Source: Halarcobacter sp. (GTDB lineage Bacteria > Campylobacterota > Campylobacteria > Campylobacterales > Arcobacteraceae). Taken from it: 64,000 bases of DNA. The first letter of the stretch is position 1; each line of letters opens with the position of its first letter. The notes beneath the pieces were generated by a model, which was not told the DNA's origin, made no database searches, and saw nothing but the letters and a program-made list of their open reading frames with translations. The position numbers were made by a program, and so were the translations under genes. Where the stretch lies: the NCBI GenBank assembly GCA_048571215.1, contig CP182352.1:1-64000 (forward strand), written 5' to 3'. Below, piece after piece: positions 43,185 through 52,373 of the stretch.

Positions 43185-44765
43185 CTAATCCTTTACCATC
43201 TTTCTTGCCAATATTAAAACAGATACGATACCAAATAAAACAATAAACATAGCAGGAACTGCTGATTCTATGATTTGTGCTTGTCCCACAAGCTCATGGG
43301 ATAATACAGGCAAGGTATCAAAATTAAAAGGTCTTAAAATCATTGTTAGTGGTAACTCTTTCATTGTTTCAATAAACACTACAATAAAACTTACCATAAC
43401 AGAACCCTTTATCAAAGGGAAAATCACCTTATAAAAGGTATAAAAAGAGTCTATTTGCATAGTTTTACAGGCATCATCGTAAGATAGGGGTATTTTACTA
43501 AAACCTGACTCATAATTGTTTATTGAGATTGCTATAAACCTTACAACATATCCAAAAATAATCCCAACAATAGTACCACTTATTAAAATATCAAAACTTT
43601 TATCTATGATTGAAAAGAAACTTAATATTCCAACAGCAACAACAGCCCCTGGAATTGAGTATCCTAATTTTGATATTTGTACTAGATTATCTGCAATTTT
43701 ACTTTTATGAACTCTTACATTATAAACAATAACAAAAGCTAAAATTGTAATCAAAATCGAACTAAATACTCCTAAGCCGACAGTTTGATATAAAATTGTT
43801 AAAAAGTCTTCATCTATAATCTCTTCATATGAAAGGTAAAACCAATAACTCATTTGGGTAAAAGGCAATAAAAATCCAAAGAAAAAGGGGATAAAACATG
43901 CAATAAAAGCAAATATATTTTTACTTCCATTTAGTTTTTGTTTTATAATGGGTTTAAAATCTTTCCCTTCACTTTTATATCTTTTGTTTTTTCTTTGGAA
44001 TCGTTCACAAAAAATCAATAAAAAAATAAAAAGCATTAGCATAGAGGCTAGTTTTGAAGCATCTTCAACACTTCCCATTCCAAGCCAAGTTCTAAAGATA
44101 CCAGTTACAAAAGTAGATACTCCATAATAATCCATAACACCAAAATCAGCAACAGCTTCCATAACAGCTAAAATAACACCTGCAACAATTGCTGGTCTTG
44201 ATATGGGTATTATAACCTTATAAAAGATTTGAAAGTTTGATAAGCCCATGGTTCTAGCTGCATCTATTACAGAAGATGATTCAGCTTTTAAATATGTTTT
44301 TGAGATTAGATAAACATAAGGGTAAAGTACTAAAGACATAACAATAATCGCACCCTCAATTGACATAATATCAAAAAAATAAACCTCACTTAGATTTTTA
44401 CCTAATAAGTTTAAAATAAAAGTTGTTACAGTCCCTGTTATATCAAACATTCCTCCATAAATATAGGACATAATATAAGTTGGTATTGCAAAGGGTAAAA
44501 TCAAAGCATAATGAAAAAATCTAGACCCTGTAAATTTAAAAAAAGTTGTAATATATGCTGTTGTAAATCCTAATAAAGAGGTTAAAAGCGCAACACCTAC
44601 CATGATATATAGTGAGTTATAAATATAATCAAAAAGTACAGTATCAACAAGATGTTGCCAATTCTTGCTATCTGCAAATATATTTGAGATAAGTATAAGT
44701 GCTGGTATAGAGATAAGTAGTGTTAGAAAAACACTACTTATTGTTAGTTTGTTAAATATTTTCAA
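43185..44765 (-). CDS. Fe3+ ABC transporter permease (FbpB-like)
   Basis: Duplicated permease domains, LPFAIPTY, ADFG, MKELPLTMILRPFNFDTL. Confidence 0.92.
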   Translation of the reverse strand: MKIFNKLTISSVFLTLLISIPALILISNIFADSKNWQHLVDTVLFDYIYNSLYIMVGVALLTSLLGFTTAYITTFFKFTGSRFFHYALILPFAIPTYIMSYIYGGMFDITGTVTTFILNLLGKNLSEVYFFDIMSIEGAIIVMSLVLYPYVYLISKTYLKAESSSVIDAARTMGLSNFQIFYKVIIPISRPAIVAGVILAVMEAVADFGVMDYYGVSTFVTGIFRTWLGMGSVEDASKLASMLMLFIFLLIFCERFQRKNKRYKSEGKDFKPIIKQKLNGSKNIFAFIACFIPFFFGFLLPFTQMSYWFYLSYEEIIDEDFLTILYQTVGLGVFSSILITILAFVIVYNVRVHKSKIADNLVQISKLGYSIPGAVVAVGILSFFSIIDKSFDILISGTIVGIIFGYVVRFIAISINNYESGFSKIPLSYDDACKTMQIDSFYTFYKVIFPLIKGSVMVSFIVVFIETMKELPLTMILRPFNFDTLPVLSHELVGQAQIIESAVPAMFIVLFGIVSVLILARKMVKD

Positions 44766-44774
44766 ACGGACTTC

Positions 44775-45776
44775 TTATCTCCACCCTGCCAAATCAAAGA
44801 TTCTCACAGCTTGTGCATTATATTTTCCAAGTGTATTTATAGAGATATTATCATCTTTAAACTCTCCCCAAGAAGAAACAACACTATTAAGTTTCATCCC
44901 TTTTACCACAGGATATTCAAAGTTTCCATTTGCAAATAACTCTTGGGCTTGTGGGCTAGCTAAAAACTCTATAAATTTGATTGCATTTTCTTTATTTGGA
45001 GCATACTTAGCTACACCTGCACCTGATACATTTATATGAGTTCCCCCATTTTCAAAAGTTGGGAATATGATTTTTACTTTTTTTACCGCTTCAGATTCAG
45101 AGTAATCTTTATTTCCAATCATTTTACCCACATAATATGTATTTGCAATGGCAATTTTACCAATCCCATTTGCTACAGCTTTAACTTGATATCTATCATT
45201 ACCTTTAGGTTTTCTAGCCATATTTGCTACAACACCTTTAGCCCATTTTAAAGCATATTCTTCTCCATGATGGGCAATAACAGCAGCTAGTAATGATTGA
45301 TTGTAAACATGACTTGATGATCTTACCATAATCATATTTTTATATTTATCTTTAATCAAATCCTCATAGGTATCTATTTTCACATCGCTATCTTTTGGCA
45401 CAATAAAAGCTCTAACTCTTTTTGTAAGGGCAAACCACTTATTATCCTCATCCCTTAAAGCAGCTGGAATATTTTTGATTAAATATTCAGAGTCAATTGC
45501 CTGTAATAAATCCTTTGATTTTGCTTGGTAAAGTCTTCCCGCGTCTACTGTGATTAATACATCTGCAGGTGAGTTTTTACCTTCACTTTCTAATCTTTTT
45601 ATTAGTGCATTTGCATCTGCTTTTACTACATTTACTTTTATACCTGTTTTTTCTTCAAACATTTTAAATAATTGTTTATCTGTATCATAGTGTCTGTGTG
45701 AATAAATATTTACTTCATTTGATGCATAAATTGTACAGCTTAAGGCAAGTATTGCCAAAACTAATTTTTTTATCAT
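44775..45776 (-). CDS. Fe3+ ABC transporter substrate-binding protein (FbpA/FutA-like)
   Basis: Signal peptide, YSHRHY, SPADVLITVDAGRL, ANTYY iron-ligand motif, NFEYP. Confidence 0.93.
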   Translation of the reverse strand: MIKKLVLAILALSCTIYASNEVNIYSHRHYDTDKQLFKMFEEKTGIKVNVVKADANALIKRLESEGKNSPADVLITVDAGRLYQAKSKDLLQAIDSEYLIKNIPAALRDEDNKWFALTKRVRAFIVPKDSDVKIDTYEDLIKDKYKNMIMVRSSSHVYNQSLLAAVIAHHGEEYALKWAKGVVANMARKPKGNDRYQVKAVANGIGKIAIANTYYVGKMIGNKDYSESEAVKKVKIIFPTFENGGTHINVSGAGVAKYAPNKENAIKFIEFLASPQAQELFANGNFEYPVVKGMKLNSVVSSWGEFKDDNISINTLGKYNAQAVRIFDLAGWR

Positions 45777-45799
45777 ATTTTTATCCTTTAATATATCTT

Positions 45800-45865
45800 T
45801 GATAATAGTTATTGAAATTATAATTAAAACAACTTAATAACAACTTATATTAAGAACCATTATCA
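45800..45865. promoter_or_regulatory. Two candidate Fur boxes upstream of the Fe3+ ABC operon
   Basis: TGATAAT-A-GTTATTG (45800-45814) and TAAGAAC-C-ATTATCA (45851-45865), each with one perfect half of the TGATAAT-N-ATTATCA consensus. Confidence 0.6.
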
Positions 45866-45881
45866 TAATAATTTTAAAGAT

Positions 45882-45915
45882 AAAAAAAGGGAAGCAGCAA
45901 AAGCCACTTCCCTTT
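45882..45915 (-). terminator. Intrinsic terminator of rpsF-ssb-rpsR
   Basis: Minus strand GGGAAGTGGC-TTTT-GCTGCTTCCC-TTTTTTT. Confidence 0.85.
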
Positions 45916-45936
45916 AGATATACATAAAGATAATAA

Positions 45937-46194
45937 TTATCTTGCGTATGCTGCGTCAGTTACATCTTGTGTATTAACAATATATGGAACTAATGCCATG
46001 TGTCTTGCTCTTTTAATAGCTTTTTCAACCATTTCTTGAGCATTTTTAGAGTTTCCTGTAAGTCTTCTAGGCATAATTTTACCTCTTTCACTCATAGAAA
46101 TCTTTAATAGTTCAGTATTTTTATAATCTATATACTCAATTTTCATTTCTGTATATTTACAGAATTTTTTTCCGTATTTTCTTTTTTCTGCCAT
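45937..46194 (-). CDS. rpsR: 30S ribosomal protein S18
   Basis: [31 protein letters not shown]. Confidence 0.98.
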   Translation of the reverse strand: MAEKRKYGKKFCKYTEMKIEYIDYKNTELLKISMSERGKIMPRRLTGNSKNAQEMVEKAIKRARHMALVPYIVNTQDVTDAAYAR

Positions 46195-46210
46195 TTTTTA
46201 TCCTTGTATT

Positions 46211-46714
46211 CTAAAAAGGTATTTCATCATCAATATCGATTTCAGGTATTTTTTGTTCTCTTTGTTGAGAAGAGTTCATACCACCATAATTGTTTGGTTG
46301 ACCTTGTTGAGGATTGTATTGATTGTTTTGTTGTGGTTGATTATAACCTGACTGATTGTTGTCAGCTTGGTTATTGTTTTGTGAATCTGCTTTTGAATCT
46401 AGCATTTTCATTGTATCAACTCTCAAAGCATGTCTACTTCTATTAGTACCATCTTGAGCTGTCCACTGTTCAAAAACCAATCTTCCCTCTAATAAAACTT
46501 TAGAACCTTTTCTTAGGTATTGGTTAGCAACTTCGGCACTTCTACCAAAAATATTAAAATCAAGAAAACAAACTTCTTCTTTTTGTTCACCTGTTTGAGA
46601 CTTGTATCTATGGCTTGTTGCGATTGCACTTTTTGCTAGTGCTGCACCATTTGGCATATATCTAAGTTCAATATCTCTTGTTAAGTTTCCTACCATTACT
46701 ACTTTGTTATACAT
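46211..46714 (-). CDS. ssb: Single-stranded DNA-binding protein
   Basis: NKVVMVGNLTRDIELRY, Q/N-rich linker, acidic DDEIPF tail. Confidence 0.98.
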   Translation of the reverse strand: MYNKVVMVGNLTRDIELRYMPNGAALAKSAIATSHRYKSQTGEQKEEVCFLDFNIFGRSAEVANQYLRKGSKVLLEGRLVFEQWTAQDGTNRSRHALRVDTMKMLDSKADSQNNNQADNNQSGYNQPQQNNQYNPQQGQPNNYGGMNSSQQREQKIPEIDIDDEIPF

Positions 46715-46735
46715 AAGACGATCCTATTGTTCTTG

Positions 46736-47092
46736 TTATTGGTTTGCTTTTTTAGCAGCCTCATCACTCATTTTTGTCCATGCAGCAATCTCTTTTTTGC
46801 TTTCATACTTGATAAAAATAAATCTCATGATATTTTCATTGATTCTGTATTGTCTTTCAACTTCTAAGATTCCACTTGGTTGACCTTTGAAATATACTAC
46901 AAAGTAGTAACCTCTTTTGTTTTTTTCAATCTCGTATGCAAGTTGTCTAGAACCCATATCGTCGCAAGCTGCGATCTCTCCACCATTTTTCTCAATGTGT
47001 GATTTAACTAAATCAATTTGAGCTTTAGTTTCCTCTTCAGTAAGAGTTGGTTTTAAAATAAACATTGTTTCATAATGTTTTAATTTTGACAT
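46736..47092 (-). CDS. rpsF: 30S ribosomal protein S6
   Basis: [27 protein letters not shown]. Confidence 0.98.
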   Translation of the reverse strand: MSKLKHYETMFILKPTLTEEETKAQIDLVKSHIEKNGGEIAACDDMGSRQLAYEIEKNKRGYYFVVYFKGQPSGILEVERQYRINENIMRFIFIKYESKKEIAAWTKMSDEAAKKANQ

Positions 47093-47100
47093 CTAATTTC

Positions 47101-47144
47101 TCCTTATAGTTTGTGCCGGTATCTTTACATAGTATCAGCAAGGA
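47101..47144 (-). promoter_or_regulatory. rpsF leader hairpin, S6:S18-type autoregulatory RNA candidate
   Basis: Minus strand TCCTT...AAGGA outer helix sequesters the SD; inner TGCTG...CGGCA hairpin. Confidence 0.55.
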
Positions 47145-47163
47145 TTTTGTAAAGTCTGTGATT

Positions 47164-48144
47164 TTATCTAATTAAAACTGATATTTTTCTGAGACAAGCT
47201 TGTAAATAAAGATTTGAGTCTGGAATTTTTGAAGATTTTAACTCTAATTCAATTTTTAAGAGATAATCTAAGATCTCTAAAAAATGTTCAGGTTTTATGT
47301 TTATAGCTAGTCTACTCTTTTTTTCCCAGATATTTTTAGGAGGAATAAAACCTAAAATATCTTTTGCATTTGCACTACCATAAACTCTTGCGTAGGAGCT
47401 TATCATAAATAGTTGTTGCACAAAAGAGCTTATTTGATTTAGAAGATAAATCTCATTCATTCCCTCTTCTAATAACATTTGCAAATCTTCACTAATATCT
47501 TGAGCTGCCATTAGATTGTGTAAAAAATCTTCAAAATTTACAGCACCTATACCAAAGCAGTGTTTATTTATACTATCACTACTTATTTTTTCATCCAAAA
47601 TTGCAAGTTTTTTCAAATCATTCATACAAAGAGACAAATCTTGTCTATGCATAAAATATAGGTGATTTAATGCTGATATATCAAAAAGAATCCCCAGTTT
47701 TTTAGCCTCATTTTCAAGTAGTCTTATTGCTTCATTTTGAAATGGAGCAAACATTCGCACACTAACTGCATTTAGCTTTTGGGTAAAATATCCACCCATA
47801 GTTTTAAAATCTGTATCTCCCATACAAGCAAAAATAACTTTAGAATCGGGATTTGTAGTGCAAGCTTGTATTAAAGTTGTTACTTCATCCTTTGGAAGTT
47901 TTTTTTCTAGTTTTATCAAAAGTATATTGTTTGAAGTAAAAAGTGATGATTGCAATAGTTTATCTTTAGCGTATTTGAAATTATAATCATCAAAATATAG
48001 TTTTTCTATCTCATCAGGTGAGCCTAACATATTTGCTATTTTATTAGAATAGAAATCTATTAGAAAGTTTGATTGCCCATAAAACATATAGGCATTAAAA
48101 AGTTTATTGGAAGCTATTGCATTATCAAATTCATTTTTATACAT
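47164..48144 (-). CDS. holA: DNA polymerase III delta subunit
   Basis: YMFYGQSNF, QSSLF motif, NDLKKLAIL, size and position upstream of rpsF. Confidence 0.85.
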   Translation of the reverse strand: MYKNEFDNAIASNKLFNAYMFYGQSNFLIDFYSNKIANMLGSPDEIEKLYFDDYNFKYAKDKLLQSSLFTSNNILLIKLEKKLPKDEVTTLIQACTTNPDSKVIFACMGDTDFKTMGGYFTQKLNAVSVRMFAPFQNEAIRLLENEAKKLGILFDISALNHLYFMHRQDLSLCMNDLKKLAILDEKISSDSINKHCFGIGAVNFEDFLHNLMAAQDISEDLQMLLEEGMNEIYLLNQISSFVQQLFMISSYARVYGSANAKDILGFIPPKNIWEKKSRLAINIKPEHFLEILDYLLKIELELKSSKIPDSNLYLQACLRKISVLIR

Positions 48145-48182
48145 GGTGTAATATTAGCTAATAATTGCTTTTTTTGTACTTT

Positions 48183-48515
48183 TTATATAGTTATATTTTC
48201 TAAAAATTCTATTTCATTATCAATTACTATAATTGCATCAATACAAAAACTAACATGTAGTTTTTTGCTTTGTAAGTAGTAATCAACACTTCTTTTTAGT
48301 TTTGATAGTTTTGAAGGGGTGATATTGTTTACAGCTATTTCATAAGTCTCTGCTGATTTAACCTCTATGAAATGGTAAGTTTCATCTTTTTTACAAATGA
48401 TATCTATCTCACCTAATTTTTTGGCGTAAAAGTTTTGTTCAAGTATTTTAAAACTTTGTGAGTTTAAAAACTCACAAGCTTTGTTTTCTGCTATATTACC
48501 TTTAGATCGGCTCAA
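48183..48515 (-). CDS. YraN family (UPF0102) nuclease
   Basis: GNIAENKA, GEIDII, HFIEVK, CIDAI. Confidence 0.92.
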   Translation of the reverse strand: MSRSKGNIAENKACEFLNSQSFKILEQNFYAKKLGEIDIICKKDETYHFIEVKSAETYEIAVNNITPSKLSKLKRSVDYYLQSKKLHVSFCIDAIIVIDNEIEFLENITI

Positions 48516-50583
48516 TTTCCACTCTAAGAGATTTAAATCTTGCAGTCATAATAAGTTCATCTGCTTCATCCCCAAAGATAAAGTTAACCTTTGAACTAGC
48601 ATGATGGAAGGTTGTAAAAAGTGTACCTGTTTTTATGGTTTTTACATATTTGACTGGCATAATAGCAGTTTCTCCATATTGGGTTCTCATAATAATATGA
48701 TCACTTCCAATTCTTTTTTTGTCATCTATTGAAGCTAAGACTACATCTTTGTCATATCTTGAATTTAAAGCTTCACTTTGAACTGTTTGGGCTGCATTGT
48801 TATAATGAACTATTGTTCTTCCTGTTGTTAGATAAAACTCATTTTTAGCAAACTCTTCATTGTTTACTAATTTTTTTACCTGCTCTCTTAGTTGGTATTG
48901 ATGATAGATAAATTTGCCTTTTCCATCTTCTGTTCTAAATTGATCTATATGTAAAATAGGGGTATCATCTTTTTTAATAGGCCATTGCATACCTCTATTT
49001 CTATTTTTTGATAGTTTATGGTAGGTTGCACCTGAATATCTAGAACCAACAGCTTCTTTTGCTTCGTTCCAAACATCTTCACTGTTTTCATATACAAATT
49101 CACCATTTATTTTATTTTCAATATCTTTTAAAACTTCCCAATCATCTGGTAAATCTGTTTCAACCAAAGGTTGAGATAGGTGAAGTCTTCTCATGGCATT
49201 TACATAAACACCAGTTTTTTCATAAGCTGATTTAACACCAAAAATTATATCTGCCATTTTTGAGATTTCATTCATAAATAGTTCATTTGAGATGATTAAC
49301 TCTAAGTTAGCTAAACCTTTATGAACTTTATTTTGATTTGGATGGATATGGGCGATATCTTCTCCCATCACATACATAGCTTTAACTTTTCCTTCAATCA
49401 TCTCATCAATTAGCTGGGGAGTCATAAGTCCTATCTCTTTTGGTACTTGATAATCTGGGTCAAAATATGGTAAACATCCTGTATCACAGGCACCTTGAAC
49501 ATTGTTTTGACCCCTTAGAGGCATAAGACCAGCTCCTGTTTTTCCGATATTCCCTGTTAGCATTGCAAGATGTGTTATAGCCATAACAGCACAACTTCCA
49601 TCAAGGTGTTCAGTTATTCCAAGTCCCCAAAAAAACATAGATTTTTTTGTAGCATAAAGTCTTGCTACTTTTGGTATTTGTTCTGCAAGTTCCTCATAAC
49701 CTTTTATTTTTTTCATATATTCAGGGTTTGCAAACTCATCATTTAGAATCGAGTCTTTGTACTCTTCAAAACCTGTACATCTTGTATCTATAAACTGGTT
49801 ATCATATAGTTTTTCATTTAAGATTACATATGCCATCATATTTAAAACTAGTAAGTTTGCTTCATATGGGATGATTAACTGTTCTCCAAATTTTGAAAGT
49901 TGGATTTTTCTTACATCTATAACTGTCAAACTTGCAGTTTTTGCCCTTGCAGCCTTAATAATCCTATTTGCCACAATAGGATGAGCTTCAGTTGTATTTG
50001 AACCCATTACTATAATATTTTCAGCCTCAAAAATATCATCATAAGGATTAGTTGCAGCACCTTCCCCTATAGTTGTTTTCATCCCTTTAAGTGAAGGTGA
50101 GTGACAAACCCTAGCACAGTTATCAACATGGGGAGAATCCATAGCAATTCTTACAAATTTTTGAAACATATAAGAGCTCTCACAAGAGGTTCGTGCCCCT
50201 CCCATCCCACAAAAAGAGTGTCTTCCATATTTCTCTTTTATCTCCATTAGTTTCCATGCTGCAAGGGAAGTTGTGAACTCATATGGAGCTTCAAAATAGT
50301 TTTCATCAAAATCTTTTAGGGTTTTAGCTCTAGCTTTAAGCTCCCTTGGTAACTCTTCGAGATTTTTTTCTATAAAGCTTTTTTTGACTCTAGCATTTCT
50401 AATTCTTTGTTCAGAGTGAACAAAATGGTAGCCTTGGGCCCCTTTGATACAAAGTTTTCCTTGGGATACATATCCATCGTTTTGGGCATAGATTTTTACA
50501 ATCTTATTATCTTCAACTTGAGCTGTTATATCACATCCTACACCACAATAAGTACAAACTGAGTTTATATCAGAAGAGTGCAT
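48502..50583 (-). CDS. Molybdopterin oxidoreductase, formate dehydrogenase H-like (Cys-type)
   Basis: CTYCGVGC...LCIKG [4Fe-4S] site, DNCARVCHSPS, GSNTTEAHPI, PLRGQNNVQGACD, LTTGR; ATG at 50583 just after the thiS stop. Confidence 0.88.
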   Translation of the reverse strand: MHSSDINSVCTYCGVGCDITAQVEDNKIVKIYAQNDGYVSQGKLCIKGAQGYHFVHSEQRIRNARVKKSFIEKNLEELPRELKARAKTLKDFDENYFEAPYEFTTSLAAWKLMEIKEKYGRHSFCGMGGARTSCESSYMFQKFVRIAMDSPHVDNCARVCHSPSLKGMKTTIGEGAATNPYDDIFEAENIIVMGSNTTEAHPIVANRIIKAARAKTASLTVIDVRKIQLSKFGEQLIIPYEANLLVLNMMAYVILNEKLYDNQFIDTRCTGFEEYKDSILNDEFANPEYMKKIKGYEELAEQIPKVARLYATKKSMFFWGLGITEHLDGSCAVMAITHLAMLTGNIGKTGAGLMPLRGQNNVQGACDTGCLPYFDPDYQVPKEIGLMTPQLIDEMIEGKVKAMYVMGEDIAHIHPNQNKVHKGLANLELIISNELFMNEISKMADIIFGVKSAYEKTGVYVNAMRRLHLSQPLVETDLPDDWEVLKDIENKINGEFVYENSEDVWNEAKEAVGSRYSGATYHKLSKNRNRGMQWPIKKDDTPILHIDQFRTEDGKGKFIYHQYQLREQVKKLVNNEEFAKNEFYLTTGRTIVHYNNAAQTVQSEALNSRYDKDVVLASIDDKKRIGSDHIIMRTQYGETAIMPVKYVKTIKTGTLFTTFHHASSKVNFIFGDEADELIMTARFKSLRVEIEPI

Positions 50584-50584
50584 C

Positions 50585-50785
50585 TTAACCACCACCAACA
50601 AATTGTAGAAGTTCTAGTTTGTCGTCATTTACAGGTCTGTACTCTTTCCAGTTCTCTTTTTTTACTATATCCATGTTAACAGCAGCTGCCATAACTTTAT
50701 CTTCAATTTTTAGTGAAGTGATAACTTCTTGTAGAGTTATACCCTCTTGAAAATCTTTAGATTCACCATTTATAATTAGAGTCAT
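50585..50785 (-). CDS. thiS: Sulfur carrier protein ThiS
   Basis: 66 aa, IINGE, AVNMDIV, C-terminal FVGGG. Confidence 0.9.
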   Translation of the reverse strand: MTLIINGESKDFQEGITLQEVITSLKIEDKVMAAAVNMDIVKKENWKEYRPVNDDKLELLQFVGGG

Positions 50786-50905
50786 CTTTACCCTCTTATT
50801 GTATTTTAAATAAAGATTTTATCAAAAATATCTTTATATTAAATCAAAGTGAAAAATTAAGTTTTAACTTGATTATCTTTGATAAAATATTTCAAAAGGA
50901 TAAAA

Positions 50906-52342
50906 ATGAAAATAGAGTTAGTTGAAGATTGTAAATATGATATTGAGCTTATTGTTTTAAAAAATTTTAAAAGTTTTCAAAAGAGTGAAAAGAAAATTCT
51001 CAAAAAAAGTGGTTTTGAAGCAAAAGAGAATCAAATAGAGCTAATAGGCAGTAGATTATTTGTAGGCATTGAGAAATTTAAAAATGAGGATATCAAAATA
51101 GCTTTTGCAAATGCAATTAAATTTTTAAAGAAAAGTAAATTTGAAAAGATAAAAATAGACCTAGCTAGGGAAAATCAAGAGTATAAGTTAGAAGATATTG
51201 TCCAAGGTTTACTTTTGGGTTCTTATGAATTTGATAAATATAAAAGCAAAAAAAGTGAAAATAAAAAAAGAATATTTATAGATATAAGTAAAAGTGCAAA
51301 ATCAAAAGAAAATTTACAAGTAGCATTAGAAAAGAGTTTAAATATTTGTTCTAGTGTAAATATGGTAAGGGATATTGTAAATACTGCACCAGAAGATTTT
51401 TATCCAAAAACTATGGCATCAAAAGCTAAAGAGATTGCAAAAAATAACAATTTGGAATGTAAAATTTATGGGGAAGAGTACTTAAAAATAAATAATTATA
51501 ATGCAATGTACGCAGTGGGTCGTGCCTCAAGACACGAATCTCAATTAATCCATCTTAATTATAAACCATCTAATCCCGCAGGTACGAGGAGAAAAAACCC
51601 AAAAGGAAAAATTGTACTTGTGGGAAAAGGATTGACATATGATTGTGGTGGATTGAGTTTGAAATCTGGTGAGGGAATGGTTTCTATGAAGTGTGATAAA
51701 AGTGGAGCAAGTGCTCTTTTAGGGATTATGAACTCTTTAAATGCAATTAATTGTGAGTATGAAGTTGATGCAATTTTAGGTGCAGTTGAGAATATGATAG
51801 GTGGTGATGCTTATAAACCTGATGATATTTTAAAAGCTAAAAATGGGGTAACAATAGAGGTTAGAAATACAGATGCCGAGGGTAGGTTAGTTTTAGCAGA
51901 TTGTTTATGTTATGCCCAAGAAAATATAAAAGATATAGATACAATCTTTGATTTTGCTACTTTAACTGGAGCTTGTATTATAGGGCTTGGAGAGTATACA
52001 AGTGCAGTTTTAGGACATAATGAAAAACTAAAAAAACAGATTAAACAAGCTTCAAAAAAATCTGGAGAGTTAGTGGGATTTTTACCCTTTAATAGATATT
52101 TACCAAATATGATAAAAAGTGAAATTGCAGATATTGTTAATTCAACTTCATCAAAAGCTGGTTCAACTATAACAGCAGCACTATTTTTAGATAAATTTAT
52201 AAAAAAAGAAAACAAGAAAAAATGGCTTCATTTTGATATAGCAGGACCTGCATATAGAGAAAAGTCATGGGGATATAATCCATATGGAGCAACAGGTGCA
52301 GCTGTTAGACTTATTTTAGAGTTTTTACAAAGGGAAAAATAG
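50906..52342 (+). CDS. pepA: Leucyl aminopeptidase (M17)
   Basis: VGKGLTYDCGGLSLK, MKCDKSG, NTDAEGRLVLAD, ATLTGA, HFDIAG; ATG 50906 after AAGGA. Confidence 0.95.
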   Translation: MKIELVEDCKYDIELIVLKNFKSFQKSEKKILKKSGFEAKENQIELIGSRLFVGIEKFKNEDIKIAFANAIKFLKKSKFEKIKIDLARENQEYKLEDIVQGLLLGSYEFDKYKSKKSENKKRIFIDISKSAKSKENLQVALEKSLNICSSVNMVRDIVNTAPEDFYPKTMASKAKEIAKNNNLECKIYGEEYLKINNYNAMYAVGRASRHESQLIHLNYKPSNPAGTRRKNPKGKIVLVGKGLTYDCGGLSLKSGEGMVSMKCDKSGASALLGIMNSLNAINCEYEVDAILGAVENMIGGDAYKPDDILKAKNGVTIEVRNTDAEGRLVLADCLCYAQENIKDIDTIFDFATLTGACIIGLGEYTSAVLGHNEKLKKQIKQASKKSGELVGFLPFNRYLPNMIKSEIADIVNSTSSKAGSTITAALFLDKFIKKENKKKWLHFDIAGPAYREKSWGYNPYGATGAAVRLILEFLQREK

Positions 52343-52367
52343 CAAATATAGCTATTTTTCTTTTTTT
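52334..52367. terminator. Terminator between pepA and the convergent quinoprotein cluster
   Basis: GAAAAATAGC-N7-GCTATTTTTC then a T run. Confidence 0.65.
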
Positions 52368-52373
52368 GGAAAC

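Noticed and set aside
46250..46390. Q/N-rich low-complexity repeat in ssb
   Set aside because: Ordinary disordered SSB linker.
50100..50120. Selenocysteine recoding in the FdhF-like gene
   Set aside because: The active-site codon is TGT (Cys) and the frame has no internal TGA.
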